Assembly: GCF_000150275.1 (NCBI RefSeq)
Contig: NW_002060980.1
Location: forward strand, 6,467-70,466
DNA length: 64,000 bases
Reading direction: 5' to 3'
Source: Trichoplax adhaerens
Lineage: Eukaryota; Animalia; Placozoa
Shown here: piece after piece, positions 43,801 through 57,171 of the stretch
Numbering within the stretch: position 1 is the first letter of the stretch
Layout: every line of letters begins with the position of its first letter
Translations under genes and position numbers: made by a program
Notes under the pieces: generated by a model
The model's database searches: none
What the model was told of the DNA's origin: nothing
The model's input: the letters and a program-made list of their open reading frames with translations, nothing else

Positions 43801-46800
43801 TTGTAATGATGTAACGTGACTATTTTGCATTTAACTTTATCTGAGAATAATCTCTATCCGACAGGTCAAGTAATCAATCCGTAACAAATTTTCTGTTAGC
43901 ACGATCGCGTAAAGACTCAGATGGTAAACAATCTGATCATTTTATTAAGCTTTTTGCTGATATGATTGTAACGTTGTATACTGTCCGTAACTCTTAGTAA
44001 ATAAGCAGCCAAGTTTTGTGCATGTTAAAAGCAAAGCCTTCCAATTTAGTCCTGCAATCATTAAAAGAAGCTTACGACTGTTTCTTAACTTACTATCACA
44101 CGAAAAGTAAGCATGGATTGAACACGATTATTAGAGAGTGATGATATAATCAGTCAAGCATATCATTCAGATAGTTGTTTTGTTTTCCTTGCAGAGATGA
44201 TAAATATTTAGTACAGTTAGATGAATGTCGGTGGCTACAAATGATAAGTAAGATCATTCAGAAAGCTGTGGAAATGGCTTTAATAATTGCCAAGTGCTCA
44301 GCTTCAGTAATCGCCAGCTTTGAAGATGGGCAAGATTTTACCGCTCAGGTAATATTTCAAGTAACTATCGTTTAGTTAACATTGATATCAGATTTGATTA
44401 ACGGGAGATAATATAGTATCTTAGCACTATCATACTAACAAATCGAAGTCAATTTTTTTTAATTTAGGTTACTAGTTTAACTCAATTACTGCTCGACCCA
44501 TACTATAGAACAATGGATGGCTTTCAAGTATGGCTTCACTGTAACATTTTTTAGTTTTTCGCTTGCTTGCACTTTGTTGGATTGGCTATCACTAACCAAA
44601 AAACTTATGACAATACAGGTCTTAATTCAAAAAGAATGGTCAGAAATTGGCCACCCATTTTGTAAGCGCAATCTGCCTTTCCTTCGTAGAGATAAGGAAG
44701 CTGAAGGACCCGTATTTATTCAATGGCTGGACTGTGTTTACCAGGTAATGTTGAGCCTTACTATATTACGTGCAGCGTCATTCATGCGTTGATTTATTTT
44801 ATCTCGAGCAATAAAGATCTTAATAAAATTAAAATGTATACTAATTAAGAAACTAACTTATGAATGATATACCTACAGATAGTAACTCAATTTCCTTATT
44901 TGTTTGAATTTACTCCGAATTTCCTCCATGTAAGATTTAGAAAATTGTGTAATTAGAAGAACTAAAGTTAGATACTAATCAAAATGATACAGGGCATTGA
45001 TCAGCAGAGTCATATTAACATACATTATCATTATATCCTATAGGATATAGCATATCACGTTTATTCATGTCGCTTTGGAACATTCTTGAGTAATGACGTC
45101 TTTGACGATGAGAAGGTACCTCTTATAATAAAAACGTAAAGCTTAACAATCATTAGCAATGTGACTAAACTTCTACTTCCTTATGACACTGTACAAGATC
45201 ATTATCATCAAATCAACTAACTAACGTAAAGACGTTTTATATTAAGTATAATATTTATATGCGTACGGTATCATTTTGGGATTGGATGAGAGACATTGGA
45301 TGCTATAAACCATATAGAAATCGCTTCTACATAAAAGAATCCTATCACCGGTAAATATATCTACCCTAATATTCCCTGGATAATAGCAGCATTCATTATT
45401 CTATTGGATTCGCGAAGACTTTTATAGGATTTGTTGATAGAATAAATCTTTATCATTGTTATTTCGTAGGTTAATTTTACCACTGTACAGTGTTCCATTT
45501 CTAAAAATTTGGAAAGAATGTTATTGTAATATGAATGAAGTAAGAATAAGAGTATCTTTAAAAATTTCTCAGAAATATATGCACGTATTTTACTTTGGCG
45601 ATATCCAAGGATCATAATGTCAATGCTTTTGATTTATTTACGAATACGTCAAGATCGGTTCTGTGAATTCTAACCTTGGTAAACTCTATCAGCAATACCA
45701 GGTTCAAATATGCTATAGTTGAAGATTTATCCATTTCTTCATTATCTTGTTTCGCTAGTGATACTGTAAATGTGGAATAAATAATATTTTTCCTTAATAA
45801 GTGAAATCTGATACTAATTTATTACAACGTTAAATTTTATTTTTCGTAGACTTTAATTACTGAATATAAAGAACTGTGTAATACATTGGACATCAAATTT
45901 GATAAGAAATTGTATATTGATGCGCATCTTAATAATAATGAGCGATGTTTGGCTGAATTATTTCAAATAAAACCTATTCGAAGTATGATACAGGCTATAA
46001 CCTCAGCTATTTACCTTTTAGTGGCACTAATTTGACGTATTATCATTATACAGAGGTTATGCTTAAGAAAAATGAAAGAAATATAAATCTTGAATACGAA
46101 GAGGAGGATAACCCACAGTCTTGGAAAACTGCTCCTAATATTGATTTGCACTATTCAAATGGTAGGAAGAGTAATCGTAAGCTAATTCAGAGGTATCTAT
46201 CCAATTTGTAGAATTACTAAATAATTTTTTTTACTACTTTGGTGTAATACATAGAAAGCTTAACTGATTCAAATGGTACCCCGGATAATTCTCTACGCCG
46301 TCAAACAATCAATTTTGTTTATATTTTACAACGAAAAGGTTCAAAGTGTTATTTAAATAGAATGAACCAAAACGACAATGGTTAAATTCGGACTTCTGCT
46401 GAATAATATAAACAATAACTTTTCCGTATCGGTAGACCAGGGTAAAAACTTATTTTGTATTCTTTTTAGGTCTGTCATTCCAATGGGAACACAAAGTGGT
46501 CGTTGAGAAACTACGTTGTAGCGGTTATTTGACTAAACTTGGAAGTACGAGATATTGTATTTAAATATCTAAATTATAATCTATAATATCAATATATATA
46601 CGTTATGACACAATATAATATATGTTTTTATATGCATATGCATGTATGGCATGGCAATAATTTATGCGATACCACTAGCAGCAAGTAATTATTTAAAAGA
46701 TTGCAAAATTGTAGATGAAGTGAAATGATTCGATTACTTAGTTAATCTTCGGTGTTACCGTCATCTGAATTTAACGAAACTTTTTTTGTTTTTGATTCAC

Positions 46801-47287
46801 TTACTAGAAATTAGAAAGAATTGGAAGAAACGATGGTTTATATTAGATTATACCCAGCAATCATTATCCTATTATTCAGACATTAGCGTCAGTAAAGCTA
46901 AAATGAATATTTTATTCGTATTTAACATCTTAAATTTACAATAACATTCATATCATTTCCTAATCATTTGTCACGAAGTATTTATTGCTGTTTAATTCCC
47001 TCCTCTTTTTACCATCTATCAAGATAACGATTTTTATTCATCAAATATGTTAGGCACAGTCAAGTCTGAAAGGTTGTATTGATATACATTCGATGAAAAG
47101 TGTCTGTAAAGAAGAGGAAGATCACTACAAGGGTATCTATATCATCTCTTTGACTACATATGATCGCACTTACAGATTGAAGGCTTCTAATGAAATAGAG
47201 ATGGTCATTTGGATAACGATACTTGAATGTGTGATTTACAATAATAATAGCGCATCTATTTCAACAGAAAGTTTTCAAAACGAGTAA
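40825..47287 (+). CDS. SBF1/SBF2 (MTMR5/13)-like myotubularin pseudophosphatase: GRAM, inactive phosphatase and C-terminal PH; 5' start undefined
   Basis: GRAM exon GVFFITNYRIIFAG (40825-40989). Further motifs [86 protein letters not shown]..FEF and YHVYSCRFGTFL. PH domain CSGYLTKLGKIRKNWKKRWFILD...KGCID...WI. Some junctions (41.2, 43.15 and 44.19 kb) could not be phased cleanly. Confidence 0.85.
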
Positions 47288-50200
47288 GCAAAGATATGGA
47301 CTTCAATGCAATTACTGTGTGATGTTTATAAAATACTATTATTTTTATACTACCCCACTATACTGTACATGCTAACCTGAATTAGAATTATTTGATGATT
47401 TTTTCCTACGCTCTTTGGCAACGATTTTAAACTACTAAGTATAAGATTCTTATAAAGTAATACTTTATTGATGCAGTACTTTTATACTAATATGCTTGCA
47501 TTTTAAACATAATAATTTAATATGATACTGATTGCTATATTTATTTTTATACTTAAGAATCCTATATTTCACCTGCACCATCTATCGTGATATCATATAA
47601 TTATACCGATATCGCATTAGTAAAGGTAGTTGTAGTATTTATGTAACTCTTTATATTAAACAATAATTATATCGTCAAAAATGGATATTTTCTACGACAT
47701 TTTATGTTGCAATACGCATAAAATTCACATCTACTATGAAATGTAGATTAGCTAATAAGACATACAATAAAGCATTATCTTATCGTAGGTTAATTCAATC
47801 TGCTATCGGTATGCAGAGAATGTACATTATCATAATTAATTTAACATTTTATAAGTCATGATAATTTTTATAATATATTGGCAATGAGTGATATAAATTT
47901 TATGAATATAAACAGCTCAAAGCTACAATCAATCGATTCTGAAAGTTTTATAACCAGTTCGATGATATAATCAGATGAAGCTTGTAAAGCCTTGCTAATG
48001 CTAGCTTAAAATAAGCTAAATTGTGTTCTCATAATTTTTATGTTATTACCATGAAAATAAAAGTTTCTAGAGTATACATTATAGAATATTTTTACTCCCT
48101 ATCCAAATGATCTAATTGAATGATGACTCATTGATGAGCAGAAATCTCGTAAAAAATTTTATAAGAAAAGGTGAGTGTATAGATTGCGTGATTTTGATAT
48201 TTGATATTTTATTGCACAATTTTTAAATGTTTTCCACAACAACATGCAAATATCATGCAGTCATAGATGATTGATCAAATTTGTTCTTACGTGCGGAGAA
48301 AATATTAGCACCAATTTTTCTATATATAGATTGGAGTTTCTATATAAAGTGTTTCTATAGTAGCTGTCAATTGGCAGTTACGGCGTGTCATGCTATAAAA
48401 TGAAATCTGAAAATTAAAGATTATAAGATAAACATCGTCGGGTAGTGCTTGAGTTAATTTACATTGAACAATTAATTAATATTTTCACAGCTTATTTATT
48501 ATATTACTAACAGCACCTGCACACCTAATAGATATATGTAAGTGTATGTTGTTAATAATAAATAAATTCCAATAAGAGCTGTACCAATAAAATGTAAGGC
48601 ATAAAGTTTATGCTGCCACATAAACACATTGTTGAAATATTAAGTCAAAATTTCGTCAAGAAAGTATGCCGTGTATACTATTTTTTCAAGGAGGTAAATT
48701 AATTCTACTGCATGTGTCTGTTTGTTTTTAATACAAGTGCACAGCGTCACGGATAAAAATATGACGCATTTATTCCATAGTAGATTACATGGAAATAATT
48801 TTCAGCCATATATTCCAATTAAGGTAGAGATTATTATTTATCGATTTTGTTAATCAGACATTTTATTGAATTTAAAATGAGATTAATAATACCATAATTA
48901 GCAGTGATTATTTTGTTTTTGTTAAGTACACTCGTAATTACCTCGTCTGACTAATTAATCGCAAATCATATTCATTAAATTACTGCATATTTATTTTTTC
49001 AGACAGTCTTTGCAAGTGTCTAACGTACATCCATTTATAAAGCTGTCTATACTACATTAATAAGTTCAAAAATTTTTTGAATATTTTATTGATCATAAGA
49101 CTATTAAGGTACATTTTCCATAAATTCGCTCTGAAATGAATTTTAAAAGAGTGATTGCGTCACCGATGATACTTCAGATTAAAGCTTAAGAATAATTAAG
49201 GCAATTTGAGAATAAATCATCTTTAATATTCTGAGATCTTGACTCTCAACACTGTCGAGTGATTAGTGAATTTACCAAAAGTCAGGAATCTTAACTAGAA
49301 TAGTAATCGATAAGAACTATACAATATACAGTAATATACGTGTATTGGGTATAAATCACTTTATGATTAGATTTTGAAGTAAAAATTGAAAGTTTATTGA
49401 TATAAATCATCGTCATGCGATATCAGCGTAAATGATGAATTCGACGATATATAGATATTGTACGATTGAAAACGTATTTTTAGACCCGACTAATTATATA
49501 ATTATCCCAAAAATCGTCATCACTGGCGAGATAAATTTATGGCACTCTAAGACACGTTATACAAGTATAAGTAAAAGAAGTTAGAATAGCTTTCTTGCTT
49601 TATTTCATTTATACTTTTTCTTAATTCTCGAAAGATTTCATATGACTCATACATGAGAGCTACCCAATTTTATTATTGTTATTCTTAGCCTCCCATGAGG
49701 ATAGGCTGCTCTTGTAGAGTTTAAAATGATACAAAGCAGATGATATAAATATTAAATAGCAATAATATCAAAGTAACCATAAAAGGCGTCATTACTGACG
49801 TAAATGAAGTAAAACATATTTGTACTAGGAAATGGTTGAACTCAAGTTAACTACAAGATGTACAGTAGCGAAAAGTGAAATAAGTAGAGATTTACGACCT
49901 ACCAGTTTGAATAGTCGAATAATACAGCTTCAATCAGGTGCAGAACAACTACTATGAAGTAATACCACTATAGTTAGACCCTACTGAGCCTTATAAAATT
50001 GATGTAAAAAAGCAACTGTTCCAGCCTTTCCTCTAGATCGTTTTTAGTGGTATAACAATTAATGGATTCATTTGTCGGCTTTTCATAATAATATAGACGA
50101 AACATCTCAATTAATCTCAGAATATCCCACTACTTATTTCAGATAGGGCATAGAGGAACTCATTGTGTTGTTCATGTCTGCAGTCGAGTAAACTTGTTGA

Positions 50201-53200
50201 AGTCAGTTTTAACTTTTTTGATCATCGCCAAGATAAGCAAGATATTGTGTAATGTACGTGACACAAGAGAAAGAGACCAAAGGTAAGAGAAATTAGAATA
50301 TTATCTTCTACACATTTATTTGCACCAATTTACTGCTCTTTCAATAGATGACTAGTTGAACTGTAAAAGTTAAAATTCTCATTATGATAATAATAATAAT
50401 CATTATCGTCATCATTGATGGAGGAGACAGCCGGCATAACATGATCATTTCACTCATTTAGAATTGAGTAACGTCATGGACAACATGCAGTGCCGTGGTG
50501 CCTAGATAAGCGCGATATTAAAATAGTTTTGTAAAGAATTTTATAATTTATCCCTTGATTTAGCAGTTTAATTAATTGGATCTTATTTCCATTGTATCAG
50601 CATAGAAAATATTGTACGCTAAGATTAATAGCGGTTCGATCGATTCATGTAAAATGATAGACAATGAATAATAATGTCTGTCATCTATCGAATTGAAGAG
50701 TAGCCGCTCTAGTCAATAACCAAATTATGTAACATTACTTTTATGTCTTAAGGCTTCTTCTAGCTAAATAACGAGTTCAGCCTGTTTAGTCTTGGCTTGA
50801 TATCACGTGAATTTTCAGTGGGTAATAAATTGTTGTGTCGGAGTGTTTTTTTAATGCGTCAAAAAAGGATGAACAGTAGGGCGATTGCATTACCTCATTA
50901 ACAATAATATCGAATCTATACGAAACCAATGACGAGTTTATAAATGAATATATTAACATAACTAATGAAGTTTATCCTAAACTAAATCTGGATAATCACT
51001 CAGAATTGATCTTGTTCTATGGCAAAGACTACTGAAATCAATCATCTAGACTTCAATAATAGACCAACTACTGAATAATGTTGACGCTACGGCCGACTTA
51101 TCACTAGACATACATGTTGTTCAATAATAATTCATCAATAGCATTTGCTAGACTTTTGGCCTTTTCGATGAGGTATTAATCGATTGTACGATGTTAACAC
51201 ATGTCCAGAAATTGAACCTTTTAACTTAACTTAAGGTCCCTAGTTCTATTATAATGTAATGGTATCGTACTGCCAACTTGTATCGTTATGATACCAATGC
51301 ACTATTTCAATGTGAATTAGGCATAGGAATTGTTTTCCTTTTCAATGGCAATTATTATTTAGTTATCATGTACTTCCATCTGGGTAGTGATATAGGAATT
51401 ATACAGTATCATGGTCAATGGTAAAATAAAGATCACAAAAGCAGGGGTTAATCAATGCCACTTTCATCCTAGTCTATCTCGATCAATCTTCAAAGACTAT
51501 TTTTCGTATTAAAAAACACGTTCAAGCAAGGCAAACTGTTTGATTAAAGAATGGAATGATAATAACTTGCATATTCTAAACAATCTAAGAAAAATATCTA
51601 TGTATTTTTCCTAGTGGCATTTCAAAACAACAACGCCATTCTATACAGTATGCTTGATTAAATAGATACTTTTGACATATGAAGTCATTTATTTTTTACA
51701 ATGAATTCATATCCACTTATCTTTACCGAAGTAAGCCATTTGATAATATGATCATCCTACTGCACAGCAAACTCTATCAAATGGTTATGGATATGATATT
51801 ATTCATCTAGTTTGTGACTATAACTAGAAAATAAAAAAAATAAAAAAGCAATCCTTCCTCTCTATTCATAAGAATAAAATCATTGTTCATTTTATTTCTT
51901 AAAAAAAATCTATCCCTGATTCTATTCCTCGATATTTTAAGTATCGATTTAATAATAATAGATTGATGATCACTTTTTAGCAGTAAAATTGAGATTATTT
52001 TATAATTAACGTCCGCTCCCTAATCATTTAGTTGATTTAGCCTTATTAGCTTATGTCATGAATCGATTCTGCCATTGTACAATGGAAAGCCTTTGATTGC
52101 CTTGTTTATTTGATAATCAGCGTTTTTACGGATTGATGAAGCTGATTAAGGAAATGATAATCAATAGTCGAATGGTGATTTCGTAATAAGGCATTATTCT
52201 CTCATTGATCATTGATGACAAATGTCATGATTAAGTCACGAGTAAAGTCAATATCCGCCCTGTTGAAAATGAGTGAACTTGGAATTGTTGACATGATTGA
52301 TGGTCCAAAAAGCATTATCCTATCGTAGATAGAGAAAATAGCTTCAGTTATTGACTATGTCAACTGTCAACTTTTGGCTAATTGTACACTTATCATATGA
52401 TATGATGTCTATCATTAACATAAGGGTGCATTAGTAAATTATTTAGTTATGATAATCAAGTACCACTGCTTTAGAAATTAGAAAAGTAAATTTTCTTGCT
52501 TTGGACGTGACCTACAGTACGGTATATTACAAATTCGCTTCTACAAACAGATTGGATGATTATCCAATATGTTTTTCTTTTTTCTTACTATACTATGGGT
52601 TCTGATATACCATCATTGTTAGGATTCAGGACTATGAAAATACAGCTATTAATTTGGCTGATGCATCTTTGATATGCTAAAATAGCTAAAGAAAAAATAA
52701 GGTATAACAGTGCTACTGCCTTTGACAATAATTAATATAAAGTACTTCACTAGCTATTATTCTTACTGATATTACATTCGTACGACGATGTGCAAACACT
52801 ATTCCATGTTTGTTTAATTTTTTCCGCATTCGTTAAAGTGAGGAAATGGATTCAAATTTCTTTACAATAATAAGATTTCAGATAGGAAGATGATGATCAG
52901 CGATAGAATTTTGAACTAACTGTAAATAAAAATAAGGGTGTGACATTACTCTTCCTACTTTCATTCAACTGTTAGCATTTGCATCAGAAATGTCACAACA
53001 AGGAATATGCAAGTTAGACTCGTTTACATCATGGATAGAATTGATTTTAATCGTTGATGGATCATTGCGGTTACAGACTTGAAAAGAGTACCATCACGTC
53101 GTTCACCTTGCTACATTGCTTGATCAACTATTTTACTCGATAGCAATCCATGCCAGGATAACCTATTCTGGAGTTCAACATTCTACTGTGGCCAGTGTGT

Positions 53201-56200
53201 GTTGTACTTGTCAAGAACTAAACAAAGTTAAGAGATTAGTCATTGCATTCGGAGATAGCCTAAGCTTTGTCCTATTAGGGCTGCTTTGTTATTCATGTAC
53301 AGTATATTGATCGATAAAATGCAAATAACTCGCAAATTAAATAAACTTGACAGTTTGGCCAAGGTCACGTTGTTGTTGATACTATCTGCAATGGCTGATA
53401 CTTTAAAAGACAATAACATTATTGTGCATTAACAATGCGCTTGACGATGAAAAGCCAAAACGAGTATTATTTTTTAATTTGGTGATGAAGATCTACATTG
53501 AAAGTAGTGGAAAGAGAAGAAAATGAAGCTCAAATATATTTATCTTACATGCCCATCCATGTACAGATAAGCATCCATTAGTAGAGAGGATGGAAATTAT
53601 TTTGTAATTAGAGTCTACGAATTGAAATAGAATCAATCATTCCTAGGAGAAGAGTATAGCGTATTACTTTTTACCGTGGTCAATTAGTCATCACTATGAA
53701 AAACAACAAGTTATTTGAATTGTAGCTGAGATCATTTCGATCTTTAGACAGACGCATCATCAAAGAGGTTGAATAATACAACGTAATTAAACTCTTTTAT
53801 GTTAGTTGGCAAGCCATCATTATCATGATTAATATGGCTAATGAAAATAATTGCAGTTGATTATTATTGTTCATGGCGAAAAAGATTGAAATAACATGTT
53901 TCAATATTGAATAGTCTAGCTGGTCTACTGAGTATACCTCAGAGTGTGCAATGTCGTACACCGATCAAACGTTGATCTGTATGCTATGCTACGTGCTAAT
54001 GTGGAGAATGTTTTTATAAGCATTCAAAAGTAGTGCATGACATGGCTTCCATTTGCAGGCCATAGTCGAAGATTGTACGAGATGATGTGAGCGACACTTG
54101 TACTTGTCATATCATTTTTATGGTGAAGATGATCACTTTTCCAAGAAAAAGCCTTATTTACTCTGTAGATTGTATTGATTGATAGAAGGAAAATAACCTG
54201 CTACATTGACATAAACATTTGAGGTTAGTTGGATATCCGATAGCACAGTATGTGTAGAACGGATGAACATGGTAAAACTAGAGTTTCGATATGGATATTC
54301 TGTATCGAATAGTCGCTTAGCGCTTCCAATACTTGTCCCTTATTGCCAGTGTTGAAGAACTTGAATACCAGTACTATATGCGCTAAGACCGAATACAATG
54401 CTGTAGAGGTTATAATTGCATGACCAAATTGGTATACCTATACTGTATGACTGTGCAACTTCTAGTGATATTCCCAAGCAAGTGGAGTTGTTGATCAACT
54501 TATTATCACATCCTTTATTCGCTGTTATACCTAATCAATTGACTGTGGTCAATACTCTACACTGTGCTATTTATATATTTTGTTAAACAGGCATTTTCAA
54601 TGGTAGCTTAAACAGGTACCTGCCTTATGCTATCCTTTAGCCATGGCTTACTCTTGCGATATTGGTTGATTTTACCACTTGAGAAGCTCAGTAGAAGAAC
54701 GAATGAAAATGTTGCAAAGGTGCCTTTTATTACCTATGATGGTCTCACTTCCATCGAGAATCATTCTAAGTAATATCATCATCATAGGCCTATAGATTGT
54801 GCTCAATTGATCACTATAAAGGCGTATATGCTTAAATATCTATCTTCGTTGTCTACTGTATATTGAAAATAGACTAAATTATTATTTCAACACGTACAGT
54901 ATAACTATTACAGTACTTAGACTTATCGGTCAAAGTGGATATGGATTTGACTCTTTACATAATTATCGATTTCTATCGTTCCTCGATAGAAATTTTCGAT
55001 ACTTGAAAAGAACTCTACCGGATAGAAAAGTCAAATCTATACTTTGCATCGCTCCATTAGTAGTCATTTTAAAATCGATCCAGAAATAATGATCGTCAGG
55101 TTGTAAAATAGGGAAAAAGATCTTGGATCAAATTTTTACTACTGCACTTAATCCATATAGATTTCCAATATTCAAGACGATCCTAAAAATGCAAAAATTT
55201 AATTTTTATCGTACTGTAATTTTTGAATGTAATGAATCACGAAATACAGAAATCACCATGAAATGCCAATATTGATCAAAGTGATTGTGAATTCATAATA
55301 AGTAGTAATAGTAGATGTAAAGTAACTGTTAGTTCTAGGACAGCATTATCGTATGACTTGCACTTCAATTATCCATTTTCAAGACTAGCATTGAAGAGTG
55401 AGGGTCATAAAATCGTAACTAATACAGTAGGTAGAACAGCGTTATGCAGTTTCTTTCCGGCTATACGACGGCCAAAATAATGAGATTATGAAAAGCAAAT
55501 TTGATGTCTATCTCTATGTTTATCACACTCATTCATTAGTAATTTTCATAAGTGGGCTTTAACCTTAGAATGGAAGGATTTTTTAACGTCCATTATCGTA
55601 CAGCACATTTAATGAAATCTTTCAACAACTGAGGCTTTCAGTATTGGATATTACCGGTATGCTGTCTTTCGAAATTTTCTCCTTTAGCATTGTGACTTAT
55701 TACGACCATCGATGATCAAAATATTTCTGTCTACCTCTCTTGTACAGTAATGTGTAGGTAATACAAAGATTGCAACCCAAATTAGGCTAGTAGTATTGCT
55801 TCCTATCCTACCGTCCATAGTGCGCTATAGTTATTTGACTATCTAGCTATAGATCTATTTCATTATTAAGAGTACAAGAAGAACTAGAGACAGCATGCAA
55901 GATGTATAGATTCTTATTAGGAAAGGTATTCGCGAACTTCGATTGACTTCATACCGGAGAAAGCCTATACACATCCATGGACGCAACAGGATCAATAACA
56001 TGCACGTAGAATACAGTGTGTACCGTTCTAAAGTATTAGGTATAATCGATTTCAGTAGAAATAATCATGAATGAACAAATATGAATATAGGATAACCTTT
56101 TCCACAGTAAACGCTGACTGTTTTCAAGAATAGCATCTAAATAAGTCAAGATTGACTACTTTGAACCAAGCCCGTGAGCATATTGGCCGTTGTGTAGTGA

Positions 56201-57171
56201 AGATGAAATTTGCCCTTTTGACAAGAGAGAAAAGTCTCCATGGTCATTGCCAGTTGGTTCAAATATTCCATTGGACTACAGGCTACAGTATGAAATGAGA
56301 ATTATTTTACTTTCTATTGGCAAATTGACAATAGACTTATTTTAAAAGAATCGGCTTACGGCACATCCCTTATAGCACCAAGGTTGAAAGGATATTCTAC
56401 CGTACTCCGAGTGGGCATTCGTAGGGGAAACAGGCAGTCTTGAATTGGATTGTGTATGCGTGAACATCAGAGAGTAGAAGATTATACATTCTGCTATTGT
56501 TATGATGATGATGATTTTGATTATTATTTTATTGGAGCGGACAGTGGCCATATTAAATCAAATGCTAATATATTGTAAATAATGATCTAAGAGGGATAAC
56601 AGAGTGTATTATGTATCTAACCCTAAAAGCTCCAAATAAGCAGGTAACAATAAGTTACTATGACAATCAAAAATATCCAACTATTTAAGGGACGTCCTAA
56701 AGTTGCACCTTATCCAATCCTTGCTTGCAGCCTGGTATGGTATTGTTCAAGCGATTTTACCAATTGAATTCGCTAGCTCTATTTATGATTACTGTATTAT
56801 AAATAAAATCGTTCCTGTGTAAGCAAGGCAGTTCATTACAGTTATCGACATATCTACCACACATGTAGCTATTTAGAATTGGATATTACGTTGTATCACA
56901 CTGCTTGGACCCCACTACCAGATAATATTCAAGGATTTTCTCCATCTTTCTTTTTCACTTCCAGTTATTTGTCTAGTACATTTCCTACTAGCAGCCAATC
57001 CTACCCGCAAAAGTGTGTGTAATATTGAACATGAATGATGACGATTATTTTCACTTTTTTTTAACCTCAGTTTGACACTCTCCCTTGACAGAATTTCTAT
57101 CGTATTTTTATTCAATCATCAGATAAAACTTAGCTTGCACTCTTTGTTGATCGATATTTTCTTTATCTAGG

